Origin: Macrostomum lignano
Lineage: Eukaryota
NCBI GenBank assembly: GCA_002269645.1
Contig: NIVC01000568.1
Span: forward strand, 1 to 64,000
Direction of reading: 5' to 3'
DNA length: 64,000 bases
Position numbers and translations under genes: made by a program. The notes under the pieces were generated by a model, which saw nothing but the letters and a program-made list of their open reading frames with translations, ran no database searches and was not told the origin of the DNA. Below, piece after piece: positions 1 through 11,280 of this stretch. Position 1 is the stretch's first letter; every line of letters starts with the position of its first letter.

Positions 1-245
1 AAACTAAAAGTACGCCACGCCACGAAACGTTTAGGAATTCCCACGGAGGCGCACAGCTGCCTCGGGTGTTTCCTTCTCAAACGGAGGTTGTGGCAACAAT
101 TTGACGAGACACAATAGCAGCAAGCATGGACACCTCAATAAAGACCATGCAAATCGTGACGGGGCGGACTAAGTTGATAGGATTCTTGATGCTGATGATG
201 CCGCCACTGCTGGGACTTTACCAGGTCGCGATGATGCAACGGCTG

Positions 246-368
246 TCACCACTTGTCGCCTTGTCTCGGAGCCGGCTGACGAGGCCGACCAACCGCCGGA
301 CGCTCCGAGGCGGACTCGTCCGGACGGGAGAATATGGGCGACGCGGGCAGCTGGGTGAAGTCGTCCGA
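246..368 (-). CDS. Possible terminal ankyrin exon (SDDFTQLPASPIFSRPDESASERP...GDKW*)
   Basis: cag acceptor in phase 0, GC-rich and protein-like; no homology evidence. Confidence 0.25.
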   Translation of the reverse strand, partial: SDDFTQLPASPIFSRPDESASERPAVGRPRQPAPRQGDKW

Positions 369-749
369 CTGTTGCGCTGGGTTCGATGCGCGACGGGAAT
401 TTTTGTGCATAGCGTATTATTTTCGGGAAATCGTGGGGTGGGGTAACACACAGAGAGCCATTTATGTGTTGCGTAACAGGTTAGCGGTACACAGATTATG
501 TTATTGAAAGATTATCGTAGATGGGTTAGGTACCGAATATTTTGGAATCTAATTTTAGAAAGGCTTTTTACGAGCGTAGTTACATGGGGAATTTGCTTAA
601 TTGTTATTTAATTCAAGTGACCCATCCAATTCGCGTTCATTTCAGCTCAATCGGGAATGTTAAGAGCACCTGGCGCCCGTTGTTAGCTCCTGCCAGCAGC
701 GCTGTTAGCTTGGTTAGCACTCTGCAAACTGCATCAGCTGGTTGTTTAC

Positions 750-1221
750 CGATGAAAGGCACTGGCTCCAATTGATCTTTGTCTTGGGCGGATTTGGAGT
801 AGAAGGCGGCTGCAGCTTCGGCACACTCTGATTCGTTGGAACCTCGTCAGCAACCGGTATCCCATCTTCCTCAGCCTGACCAGCAGCTTCCGCTTCAAAT
901 TTAGCGTCAAGTCCGGCAGCTTCGACAACTAATTGCTTGTCTACTGGCGGTGCCTGCTGCGGCTGGGTGACAAACACGTCATCCTCATCATCGTTGTCTT
1001 CTCCATCTACAGCCGATCCCCTTCGGGAATTGTTGGCTGCTGGCTGCAGAGCCAAATTGCTGACTGTGGAAGCGTAGAACGGGCTGGTGAGGAGCAGCTC
1101 TGTGCTGCCAGCCGGTTGCATGCTCTCGTCTTCCTGCTGGCTGGGGCCGTGGCCTCAATCACCGACTCTGCGGTTGGTCGGTCGCGTTTTCGGGAGGTAA
1201 AGCCAAATTTGTTGATGGTTT
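750..1221 (-). CDS. ank: Ankyrin exon 8, acidic low-complexity segment, with one frameshift near 1143-1146
   Basis: gcag acceptor in phase 1; ETINKFGFTSRKRDRPTAESVIEATA joins PSQQEDESMQPAG if one base is added to the G4 run; ends at donor GTAAAC or reads on to the stop at 714. Confidence 0.55.
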
Positions 1222-1657
1222 CTGCATCAATGTTATTATGTATTTTAAGAGTGCAGAGCTGGGTTACGTTTGTTTACTTTATATCGCCAAACTCTTGAAA
1301 TTAATGTTTTTTATTAACCACACCATACACGCCAATGACTACTCGTCAGTAGAGCGGAGCACAATGCGCAGCAGGTTATGCATCTATCACAGATTTTAAG
1401 TCGATTATTGGTGTGTTAATTATTATTATTATTTTGGTTAGATTACTAATTTGTTTGATCGTCAGTGAATTTTAATTTTTGTTTTTAGCACTAAACTTGA
1501 TTTCGGCAATTTAAACTGTCCAGCAGGTGTCAATCATTCCGCATTTTTTTCTAAAAATACGTGTCTATCCTTGATTAGATTTTTAGATAAAAATAATCAT
1601 TGCTGGTCGTGTTAAGCTTGCTATATTTAGTCAGCGCCAGTTCGAGCTTAAAAGTAC

Positions 1658-1843
1658 CCAGCCTGCCGGTGGTGTACTGCATCTCATCCTTGAGATAGTC
1701 GGCGCTGCTGCTCCACTCATTGTAAGAGTCCGAGCGCATCAGGGTGGTCGCATTGAGCCGACTGCCGTCCTCCAGCACAGAGTCCAGCTGCTGGTGCTCG
1801 GGGCGGGAGGCCCAGTCCTTCAGTCGGGGCCTCGGCATGGTCG
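1658..1843 (-). CDS. ank: Ankyrin exon 7, linker (..MRSDSYNEWSSSADYLKDEMQYTTGRL)
   Basis: Open frame with phase 1-1 GT-AG fit; the 5' boundary is uncertain because the acceptor is weak. Confidence 0.55.
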
Positions 1844-2299
1844 CTTCGAAGTTTACAACGGGTGTCGATTCGCAGTTTTACTGACTGAATTTACTCACAC
1901 GTGCTACTCTACTCATAGTAGCTTATATATGGTTTTCCGAATTCAGGAATAGGAAACTCGAGAGTAAAAAATTTAAATAGCATTCAACCGGATAACCTGT
2001 GTGCTGACGATACCGAAGCAATTAAAACTAATTTTAATGTAAGAAAAATTCGAAAGCTAAATAAAAATACCGTCTGTCAGGTTTGACGACACTTGACACT
2101 CGCTTTTTAATAAATTTGGGAGCCTGGTGACTGCAAAAAACAGATGATTTTAGTGGAGATGCTTGTCTTTGGCCGATTGACCAACTTTGGACACCACCAG
2201 CAGGGGACATGGCCAGTAAAAGCGATGGGGGGGACATGACGATTCTTTGTCCTCCCCACCCCCATCTTGTGACCCGTTGTGGGAAATCAGTAATTTTGT

Positions 2300-2476
2300 T
2301 TCACGGCGCTAAAATATAGCTCCTGCGGCGCTAAAACGAGTGTTCGCGGCGCTAAAATCAGTGCTGACAACACCGATTCTCAAAATAATGTACATGTAGG
2401 AATTTTGTCATTTACCTGTACATGTAAAATCTTTTGGCTTTGGTACCCCACCATAAACTCCATGGCGACGCCCCTG
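2300..2476 (+). mobile_element. Short copy (3 units) of the 21-bp-core dispersed element
   Basis: cggcgctaaaa three times, then gctgacaacaccgattctcaaaataatgtacatg..ccatggcgacgccc. Confidence 0.65.
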
Positions 2477-2858
2477 AAAACAACCTGTGAGAAACTTTCT
2501 CAGAGTAAAGAGTAGTGGAGGCAAAAAAGGACACGGAACAGCTGACACGGCTCATCGGGAGAAATGATGGACAGGTCTGGTCGGGGTTGGGGTTTTAATA
2601 ATCCGCAAGCAGCTTTGCCGACCCGGCGGTGAAGGCACGTCGGGATTGAATGCCACGCCTTGCTATTCCCGAAATCAGGATTGAACGCAATATAGCGGTG
2701 CATCCTCTTTCCCGTATTCCCTATTCTGTCTGGCGGAATGCTCCCCTGGCATTAACTATTCCTGTTAGATATTGTAGCGTGAAGAAAATCGTCCAAGATG
2801 CCTTTTACCGCAGAGCGCCCTATCAAGACCCTTCCTGATCCTGATTTCAATAACTCAC

Positions 2859-3042
2859 CGGCTTCGTCATCTGACTCGGACATGACGTGCTCGGCCACGG
2901 TGTCCGGCTTGCTGATCTCGATGGTCTCCTCGAGGATGATCTCCTCCTCCCAGTTTTCGATGATGGTGGTCACGCGACGAAGCAGCTCGAAGATGTTGAT
3001 GTAGTTTTGCTTCTTGGCGATGTGGGCCGGGGTCCAGTTGCG
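2859..3042 (-). CDS. ank: Ankyrin exon 6, ANK repeat 24 and acidic linker (RNWTPAHIAKKQNY...MSESDDEAG)
   Basis: Resembles the conserved end of the ankyrin membrane-binding domain (MSDSEDEG-like); cag acceptor and GTGAGT donor; phase 0-1. Confidence 0.85.
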
Positions 3043-3134
3043 CTGCATGGAATGGAGGTTCAGGTTTTGCCAGTTTGGAATCATTCAATGCGTCTTGGCT
3101 GGAAAAGAAACCAAGCTAGAAGAAATCTACTACA

Positions 3135-3716
3135 GAACATTGAAGACAACCCACTACTAGAAGAACAGGGAAGACAACCCACTGCTACAAGGACAGGAAG
3201 ACAACCCACTGCTACAAGAACAGGGAAGACAACCCACTGCTACAAGAACAGGGAAGACAACCCACTACTACAAGGATAGGGAAGGCAACCCACTGCTACA
3301 AGGATAGGGAAGGCAACCCACTGCTACAAGGACAGGGAAGACAACCCACTGCTACAAGAACATCAGACAACCCACTGCTACAAGAACATCAGACAACCCA
3401 CTGCTACAAGGATAGGGAAGGCAACCCACTGCTACAAGGACAGGGAAGACAACCCACTGCTACAAGAACAGGGAAGACAACCCACTGCTACAAGGATAGG
3501 GAAGGCAACCCACTGCTACAAGGATAGGGAAGGCAACCCACTGCTACAAGGACAGGGAAGACAACCCACTGCTACAAGAACAGGGAAGACAACCACTGCT
3601 ACAAGGATAGGGAAGACAACCCACTGCTACAAGAACAGGGAAGACAACCCACTGCTACAAGGATAGGATAGGAAGGCAACCCACTGCTACAAGGACAGGG
3701 AAGACAACCTACTACT
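3135..3716. repeat. About 29-bp minisatellite (agggaagacaacccactgctacaagaac)
   Basis: Tandem array in ankyrin intron 5. Confidence 0.92.
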
Positions 3717-4449
3717 ACAATAACACGGAGAACAACCCACTACAAATTAAACTGCTCACGTTATTAGAACAGTAAAAACAAAATGAAGCCAATTCTCCCA
3801 CAGCATTGAAGATTGAAGCCACAAGACCGGCAAGAAGACCCGGAAAGGGAAAAAGGCTACCGCTGAAGCTGTTCGACGGGTGAAGGAAGTCCCTCATCCC
3901 GTTTAGTTTCTGTTTACAGTGTGCCTGCGTCGTCCCCTCTCTTTATGATGCATGCAAAAAAGAAAGTGGGAGACGGTTCAGGATGAGAGTGACAGGGTCG
4001 GTAGCAGCATATCGGGAAGGAGATTTTGCTCGCTCGTCCCTTCCTTCAGTTCAGAAGCAGCCTGATGTCGAGGACAGCTGACTGACTGCCTCGGGAAAAA
4101 GAGAAAAAGGCGAGGGTCAGCAGGCAAGGCATTTACATTTTCTAGACTGGAAAATAGGGAAGCAACAGCAGAGCAACTTCGCCCTGCGTCACGCGGTAAT
4201 ACATTTGGCCTGAAATTTTCGCCTTTCGCCTTGGCCAAGCCAAGGTCTCCTTTCGCACGGATCGGTTCAGAATACAGCCAGCACACCTGCTGTCTGAAAT
4301 AGTAGAGTATGGGTCCTAATGTGCTAATTCCCATCCCTCATGGCTATAATGCTACCCAGAACAGGAACATACTGCGGTGACATGCTTCAGTCAGGCATTA
4401 AACTTCAGGACCAAAAGAAAGAGATAAGCGTTGTGAAGCGCGAGCTCAC

Positions 4450-5195
4450 CGAATTCCTCAAGTTGGGATCGGCTCCGGCCTCCAGCAGCAGCGAAACCAC
4501 CTGCAGGTGTCCCTGCTGAGCGGCTACGTGCAGCGGCGTGAACTGCTGCTGGGTCAGTGCGTTGGCCCCCGCACCCTGGCGCAGCAGGAACTTCACCATT
4601 GCCGCCTGTCCGAAGAAGCTCGCGGTGTGCAGGGGCGTGTAGCCAGCCTTGGTGTGCGGGTCCACCTGCCCTCCGTGCTGCACAACCAGCACCTCTGCTG
4701 CTGGCACCCTGTCCTCCTGGCGGCCAGGTGCAAAGGTGTGATGCCATTGTGCGATGCCTGGTCGACGCCGGCGCCGCGAGAGCACAGCAGAGCGCACATC
4801 TCGGCGCGGCCCTCTTGAGCGGCCAGGTGCAACGGAGCGAAGCCGCTCTTGGATTCGGCGCGAGGATTGGCGCCAGCAGAGAGCAGCTGACCAGCCAGGT
4901 CCAGGTGGTTCTTCCTGGACGCGATGTGCAGCGGAGTGTAGCCATTGCTGGCTACGCAGTTCGGGTTGGCCTTGGCCTCCAGCAGCGTGGCGGTGACTGC
5001 CGTGCGGTTGTAGTGCGCGGCCAGATGCAGCGGCGTCAAGCCATTGCGACCGCGCGCGTTCGGATCGGCCCCGCGGCTTAGCAGCACTTTAGCGACTCCG
5101 GCTTTGTCGTACTTGGCGGCGTTGTGCAACGGCGTGGCGCCTTTCTTTGTGGTCAGCTGTAGGCTGGCCTTGTGGTCCAACAGCAGGGTGGCGAC
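4450..5195 (-). CDS. ank: Ankyrin exon 5, ANK repeats 17-23, with one frameshift
   Basis: KGATPLHNAA through QQFTPLHVAAQQGH; 746 nt is one base short of 249 codons; shift near 4719; tag acceptor and GTGAGC donor. Confidence 0.9.
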
Positions 5196-5271
5196 CTAGG
5201 GGAGAGAAATTTTGATGAAAATAAAAGTAGCATTTGATCCCTGAGTTTAGAAAGCGAGCGAATTTTCTCAC

Positions 5272-6114
5272 CTCTTCGTGACCTTCCCTGGCAGCCACGT
5301 GCAGCGCCGTGTAGTTGTCCTTGCAGGTGGCGTCCGGACTGGCGCCAGACTGAAGCAGCAGCGCCACGATCTCCGCGTTGCCAGCCGGCTGGCTACATGC
5401 AGCGGCGTCTGGTTATCCTTAGCCCGAGCGTCCGGCTGGGCGCCGCAGCGCAGAAGCGCACGTGACGCTTCCAGCTGACCGCTGCGCACGGACAGATGAA
5501 GCGGCGTCTCCGTCCGCACGGTGAGGCTGTTTACGTTCGCTCCGTGCTGCAGCAGAAGCAACGCGACGCTGTTGTGCCCCATGAAGGCGGCCACGTGCAG
5601 CGGCGTCAGCCCGGACTCCGTAGCCGCCTCTACAGCGCAGCCGAACTGCAGCAGCAGCTCGATGACCGGATGCGATTCTTCTTGCACGCTATGTGCAGCG
5701 GCGTGAAGCCGTTCAGAGCCCGGGCGTTGACCATGCAGCGGTGGTCCAGCAGCAGCTTGGCCACGCGGGTGTAGCCGCAGTGGGCGGCAACATGCAGCGG
5801 CGTCAGCAGGTCGATGGTGGTGTCGTCTAAGTTGGCTCCCCGGGTCAGCAGCAGCCGGGCGCAGTCAACGTGGTCGCCCTGAGTGGCCATGTGCAGAGGG
5901 CTCAGGCCGCTGCGCGACTTCAGCCCGAAGCTGGCGTTACTGCCCAGCAGCTGGTCGACCACGGCGTACTGGCCGGAGCGGGATGCGCAGTGCAGCGGCG
6001 TGAGGCCGTCCGGGTTTTGCAGTCGACCTCGGCGCCGTGTTCCAGCAGCTTCTGCACCACCGGAAGCATGCCCCACTTGGCGGCCACGTGCAGCGGTGTG
6101 ATGTTGTTCCGAGC
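5272..6114 (-). CDS. ank: Ankyrin exon 4, ANK repeats 8-16, with three 1-nt frameshifts
   Basis: Consecutive TPLH repeats continue across three frames, with shifts near 6010, 5667 and 5381; aag acceptor and GTGAGA donor. Confidence 0.9.
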
Positions 6115-6924
6115 CTTGGAGTTCGAGCAATTGAATGCTTGTTTAGCCATATAAATAAAATCTGCATTCGTTGTGCGCGACACCTTCGGTCACTTTGTGC
6201 CCACAGTTCTCACACTCTCCCGGGTGTACAGAGTTCCTTTGCTGTCTAGTTTTCAGGAAAGTACACAATAGCCGTGCCTCAAGGAGTCGGCCCTCGTAGT
6301 CGTTAAATGAGCTAGAAAAACCCAATGTTACTACTCTAAAAGTTTGGACTTTCTATTGTGTGGACACACCTGGAATCAATCACGAAGTCCCGTGCTGTGA
6401 AGCTAGGAACTAGCAGTCAAGAGTCAAAAGTTTATAAAACTAATGTAAGTAGAATCCGTCTCTTTTATATATGATCGGACTCCTTGCCCTCGAACTTCAA
6501 GAGTCTTGAAGTGTCTTTCTAATAACACGGGCCCGGGTCCTCCTCCACACGTTAACGATGCGAAGCAGCTCTGCCCACAAGCTTGGCCTAAGTCAACGCT
6601 TAGTAGCTCCTAGCACAGCCATCACTAAGCTAACATTTGACAAGATGGATCGGATGCGCAAGCTACAGATTTGTTCATGTAATCGCGCCAACATTGGCGT
6701 CATGAAGAAGCCTCAAGTTTGCAGCAAGGCCGAACACTGCCAACCTGAAGGCTAGTGCCTACTGCAACAGAATGAAGCCAATTCTTGCGTGATCAAACTG
6801 CTCGCAACAGATACAAGTGACGTGATTGAGCCTTCAACCTCAATGCACCTGAGCATATTAGGTTTGGAAAACCTCAGAACTCATGCCACTTGAGGCTGTC
6901 AGTCAGATCAACTTCCTCGCTCAC

Positions 6925-7500
6925 CTGGAAATTCACATCGGCGCCCTTCTCGATGAGCAGAGCAGCCACGCCCAGCGAACCGTAGTGCGCGGCTATGTGC
7001 AGCGCGGTGAAGCCGCTGCCAGCCTGATGGTTCGGGTTGCTGTCCGACGTCAGAAGCAGCGTTGCTGAACGGACGTCGTCCTTCTTGGCAGCCACGTGTA
7101 GAGCCGGCATGCGAGAGCGGCCGCGACTGTCGTTCTCCAACAGGATGGCGACGACCTTCTCGTGGCCCTGCTGCAGCGCCACAGCCAGTGGCGTGAATCC
7201 GTCGGTGGTGGCCAGAGTTTGCGAGGCGCCCGAGGCCAGGAGAAACTTCACAACGTCGACGTGGTTCTCCTGGGAGGCCATGTACAGCGGAGTGAATCCG
7301 TTCTGCGACTGGCAGTTCACCTTGGCGTCCTTTTCGATTAGCAGTTTCACCACCTCGAGCTGGCCGGCCAGGCAGGCGATGTGCAGCGCCGTGTTGCCCT
7401 TCTTAGTGCACGCATCCGGGTCGGCATTGCGCATCAGCAGCTCGCGCACGACAGCGGTGTGACCCTCCTTCGAGGCCAGGTGTAGCGCATTGAGACCGTT
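6925..7500 (-). CDS. ank: Ankyrin exon 3, ANK repeats 2-7
   Basis: [56 protein letters not shown] are diagnostic of true ankyrins; 576 nt between cag and GTGAGC. Confidence 0.95.
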
Positions 7501-8304
7501 CTGATGGAGATCGGGGAGTGGGCTCTCGTCATAAAGATTGATGCCGATTGCATGCAGCGAAATATTGAAACAATACTTGTGTTTACCCCATGTAACGCTA
7601 GAATGAGTGTAGGTGCTTGAATTTCGGAAGGCGAAGCACCTGAATCAATGTTTGCTTTTAGATAGGGGAAGAGAGAGGTTGAGAACAAATGCAGATGCAG
7701 AAAGAAATTGAGAAATATTTTGTCAGCCCAGCTTCCCGAACTCGGGTCTCGGGCTAATCTCGGGCCAGGGATAAATATAAATCAGATCCCAGTAGCAGGT
7801 TGCGGCCGACCGAGCAAGCGGAAGAAGCTGGACACTGATGGAGAGCCGAGCTCTCTCTGAGAGTAGCCCGGTGTGGAAAGGGACGAATGTACTTTCCTGA
7901 CTGAGATTTATGAAAGGCAAACACGCCTGTTAATTAAATGTAACACCCCGCATGCAGCGGCCGCAGTGACAAGTTTTTTTGGGCCGCTGGCTGCGTGGGA
8001 TGATGAAGAAGCTATTATCGATCTTTTGGTCTTTCTGCTGCTACTGACATAACGCATCTTCTGCTTCTGGCTGAAAGACTCGCACAGAGTTGCTCCTCTG
8101 CTGCGGCTCCTGGCTACTCTGTAGTGAACCCTTAGCTTTCAGCTCGCAACCAGAATCTGGCTAATTCCTTTAGATCGGGAGAGATCCGAGTTAAAACTGC
8201 TGGCTTAGCTGATAAATCAGTTTTTGTTTGAGCTCTCCTGCCAGCTCATTAAGGCTGCCAGGTCTGAAGGCTGAAGTGAAAGGCACAAAGGCACGGGCTC
8301 TGAG

Positions 8305-8622
8305 GTGTGTCACTCTCGAGTTGCGTCACTCTCGAGTTGCGTCACTCTCAATTTGTGTTACTCTCGAGTTGCGTCACTCTCGAGTTGCGTCACTCTCAAT
8401 TTGTGTTACTCTCGAGTTGCGTCACTCTCGAGTTGCGTCACTCTCAATTTGTGTTACTCTCGAGTTGCGTCACTCTCGAGTTGCGTCACTCTCAATTTGT
8501 GTTACTCTCGAGTTGCGTCACTCTCGAGTTGCGTCACTCTCAATTTGTGTTACTCTCGAGTTGCGTCACTCTCGAGTTGCGTCACTCTCAATTTGTGTTA
8601 CTCTCGAGTTGCGTCACTGACT
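8305..8622. repeat. 48-bp higher-order repeat built from 16-mers (ctcgagttgcgtcact)
   Basis: Two ctcgagttgcgtcact units plus one ctcaatttgtgttact unit per period. Confidence 0.92.
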
Positions 8623-8736
8623 CTCAAATGTGTCACACACTCAACGATGTGTCACTTTTGGTGTGTAAGCTATGCGATGCACCACCGTCTCTCGCCAGAG
8701 CCTGCACCGCGCCGTCGCCCCGGTCAAGGAACTCAC

Positions 8737-8817
8737 GGTCTCGTCGTAAAAGTACAGAAATCGCTCCATCTCGGGCGACAGCGTGAACCGGGCCTGCTTT
8801 GCGGCGCCGCCAGCCAT
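8737..8817 (-). CDS. Candidate alternative first exon of ankyrin (MAGGAAKQARFTLSPEMERFLYFYDET)
   Basis: ggccgcATGG start; GTGAGT donor; phase 0 fits the exon 3 acceptor; CCAAT and GC box upstream. Confidence 0.4.
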
Positions 8818-9010
8818 GCGGCCGCTGCCTGTCACTGGGGCGTCCCCCAATCTTGCTGGAGATTATCCAGTCCGCTCTAATCCGCCGCGCAGTTCATTGA
8901 TGCTACAGGCAGGCGCCGCGTCCTCCTTCCTCGCCAGTTGGAGCAGCCCCGGTCGCGGGCTGCTGAGCACGGACTCAAGGCGAGCCCGGCTATGGACTTA
9001 GCGGCGTCTG

Positions 9011-9023
9011 ATTGGCTGGGCGG
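9011..9023 (-). promoter_or_regulatory. CCAAT box plus GC box, candidate internal ankyrin promoter
   Basis: attggctgggcgg in a CpG-rich island about 200 nt upstream of the candidate exon at 8817. Confidence 0.3.
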
Positions 9024-10494
9024 AGCTGCGGCGAGTTGCAGACCGGCATGGAGCCGCGAACAGCATCCCGGAACTGCTCATCTGTCACATTCCAGCTTCA
9101 CCTACGCCTCATCCAAGCAGCCGAGCTTGAGCCATGAGCATGATGCTCTTTTCGGTGTCTGGGCAAAAATAATTGCTCTATCCAGCGAATCTCTATTGGC
9201 GAGGCGAGGCGTTCGCATAAAAATGGATTTCGGTGTTCTCAAACTCGGGCTCCAGTTGGCGAATATTCCCAAATATTCCCAAATTAGGGAATAAAATCCC
9301 CCCGATCCCTGGGATTTCTATTAAAGCAAGATTTTTACTCATCCTGAATTGAACCTTTGGGACGCGGGCTTTCGAAAACTTTCTTGTCTGGCTTGGAATT
9401 TACGAGCATGCGTGTAGAGCTGAGTCAGGGAGAGATGCAAATTCCTGTGCAAGCCTCCGTGTCACGAGTGGGAGCGGCTCCTCCGCGGCTCTAATTGGGG
9501 ATTCGCTTGGCTGATAGAGAGAAGACGGTGGAGACAGAAGGGATACTGACTGACACAAAATTAGTGACTTTATGAGCTAGATAATGTGAGAGAGCTCATC
9601 AATGACTTCGTGAGTGAGTTCATGAGCTAATGAGTGAGTTCATGAGTTCATTAGTGAGTTCATGAGCTCATGAGTGAGTTCATGAGTTCATGAGTGTCAG
9701 ACACTGAATATTCCGGTGTCCCAAACCGCCGCCGGCAAGTGAGAGCAAGAGGCGGGGCCGCACCTCAACCCTCGGTCCTCCGCCGCCTCCCTCAGCCTCT
9801 CGAACTCCAACTCGGCTCCAAAATAAGGCCAATTTTCGACTTCCGCACAGGGCCTGCCGGAGCATTGATCCGTCAATGGCCGAGGCAAAGGGGCGAGGCG
9901 GGAAAAGCCGGGGAGAAAAATCTCCCTTCCCTGCTGCACCTCGCGAATCCCAGGATAGCAATTTTCACCTCCCACGCTATCGGGTTGTGCTTAGGCCGGT
10001 TCTTTCTGTTGAATTTTCTCCTTCGAGCAAGCGAGAAATTTTCCTTCTTATCTTCATCCGCTGGGGAAGCACCGGTGTCCGGAGGGGGAGAAATGGAACT
10101 CAAGTGGAAATCCCTCCAGGGCTGGGGGTAGGGTTGGGAAATTTTTGCAAGCGGAGGTCTCGTTTGAGCAGTGAGAGCGGTCGGTGGTGGCCGCTCGGGC
10201 CAGAGCCGCTATCAAGCGGCCATCAACGCATGACCGGCTGTTTTGATATTATTGAATTAATTGTAGCACGCCGGCAGGCGACACACTCAAAATTGTCGGA
10301 ATTCGTCAACGTCGAAAGCGCGACCTTGAGGCGATAAAATTATTAGCGGAGCACTTTTACACGGAGCCCGCGGCCCGCTGGTCGCGAAGCAGATTTCCCA
10401 GGAGACTTCCCTGGCAGCAACAGCTGCTGAGCTGTGGCAACTGGCAGCTCCACTGCTCTCCAATGCTTCGATTAGATGCTCTATGCTAGAATCT

Positions 10495-11108
10495 GATCTA
10501 GTCACTCCTTATCACCCTGCTCTAGTCACTCCTTATCACCCTGCTCTAGTCACTCCTTATCACCCTGCTGTATTCACTCCTTATCACCCTGCTCTAGTCA
10601 CTCTTTATCACCAACCCTGCTCTAGACACTCTTTACACCCTGCTCTAGTCACTCTCTAGCACCCTGCTCTAGTCACTCCTTATCAACCTGCTCTAGTCAC
10701 TCTTTATCACGCTCTAGTCACTCTTTATCACCCTGCTCTAGTCACTCTTTATCGCCCTGCTCTAGTCACTCTTTATCAACCTGCTCTAGTCACTCTTTAT
10801 CGTCCTACTCTAGTCACTCTTTATCACCCTGCTCTAGTCACTGTTTATCAACCTGCTCTAGTCACTGTTTATCAACCTGCTCTAGTCACTCTTTATCACC
10901 CTGTTCTAGTCACTCTTTATCGTCCTACTCTAGTCACTCTTTATCACCCTGCTCTAGTCACTGTTTATCAACCTGCTCTAGTCACTCTTTATCACCCTGC
11001 TCTAGTCACTGTTTATCAACCTGCTCTAGTCACTCTTTATCACCCTGTTCTAGTCACTCCTTATCAACCTGCTCTAGTCACTCCTTATCACCCTGCTCTA
11101 GTCACTCC
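10495..11108. repeat. 24-bp minisatellite (ctgctctagtcactctttatcacc)
   Basis: Tandem array in ankyrin intron 2. Confidence 0.92.
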
Positions 11109-11178
11109 TAACTCCCTCTCTGCGCATACCGTCAGTCCCAGCCCCATAAAAAGTACAGAGTCAGTAGCAGAGGCTCAC

Positions 11179-11280
11179 CGCATTGCAGGTGTCAATCTTT
11201 GTCCCGCTATTCAGGTGGTCCAACACCTTGGCCAAATTGCCAGCCCTGGCCACGCGCAGGAAATTCTGGTTCGGGTCGAC
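11179..11280 (-). CDS. ank: Ankyrin exon 2, ANK repeat 1 (VDPNQNFLRVARAGNLAKVLDHLNSGTKIDTCNA)
   Basis: Matches the ankyrin FLRAARAGNL motif; cag acceptor and GTGAGC donor; 102 nt, phase 0-0. Confidence 0.9.

Noticed and set aside
6010-6011. Programmed ribosomal frameshifting as an explanation of the ankyrin frame breaks
   Set aside because: There are no slippery heptamers, five independent sites would be needed, and all are simple homopolymer shortenings.
4507-7462. Plus-strand ORFs overlapping ankyrin, and those overlapping mGluR, Kv1 and EGR exons
   Set aside because: Antisense shadows of GC-rich coding sequence.
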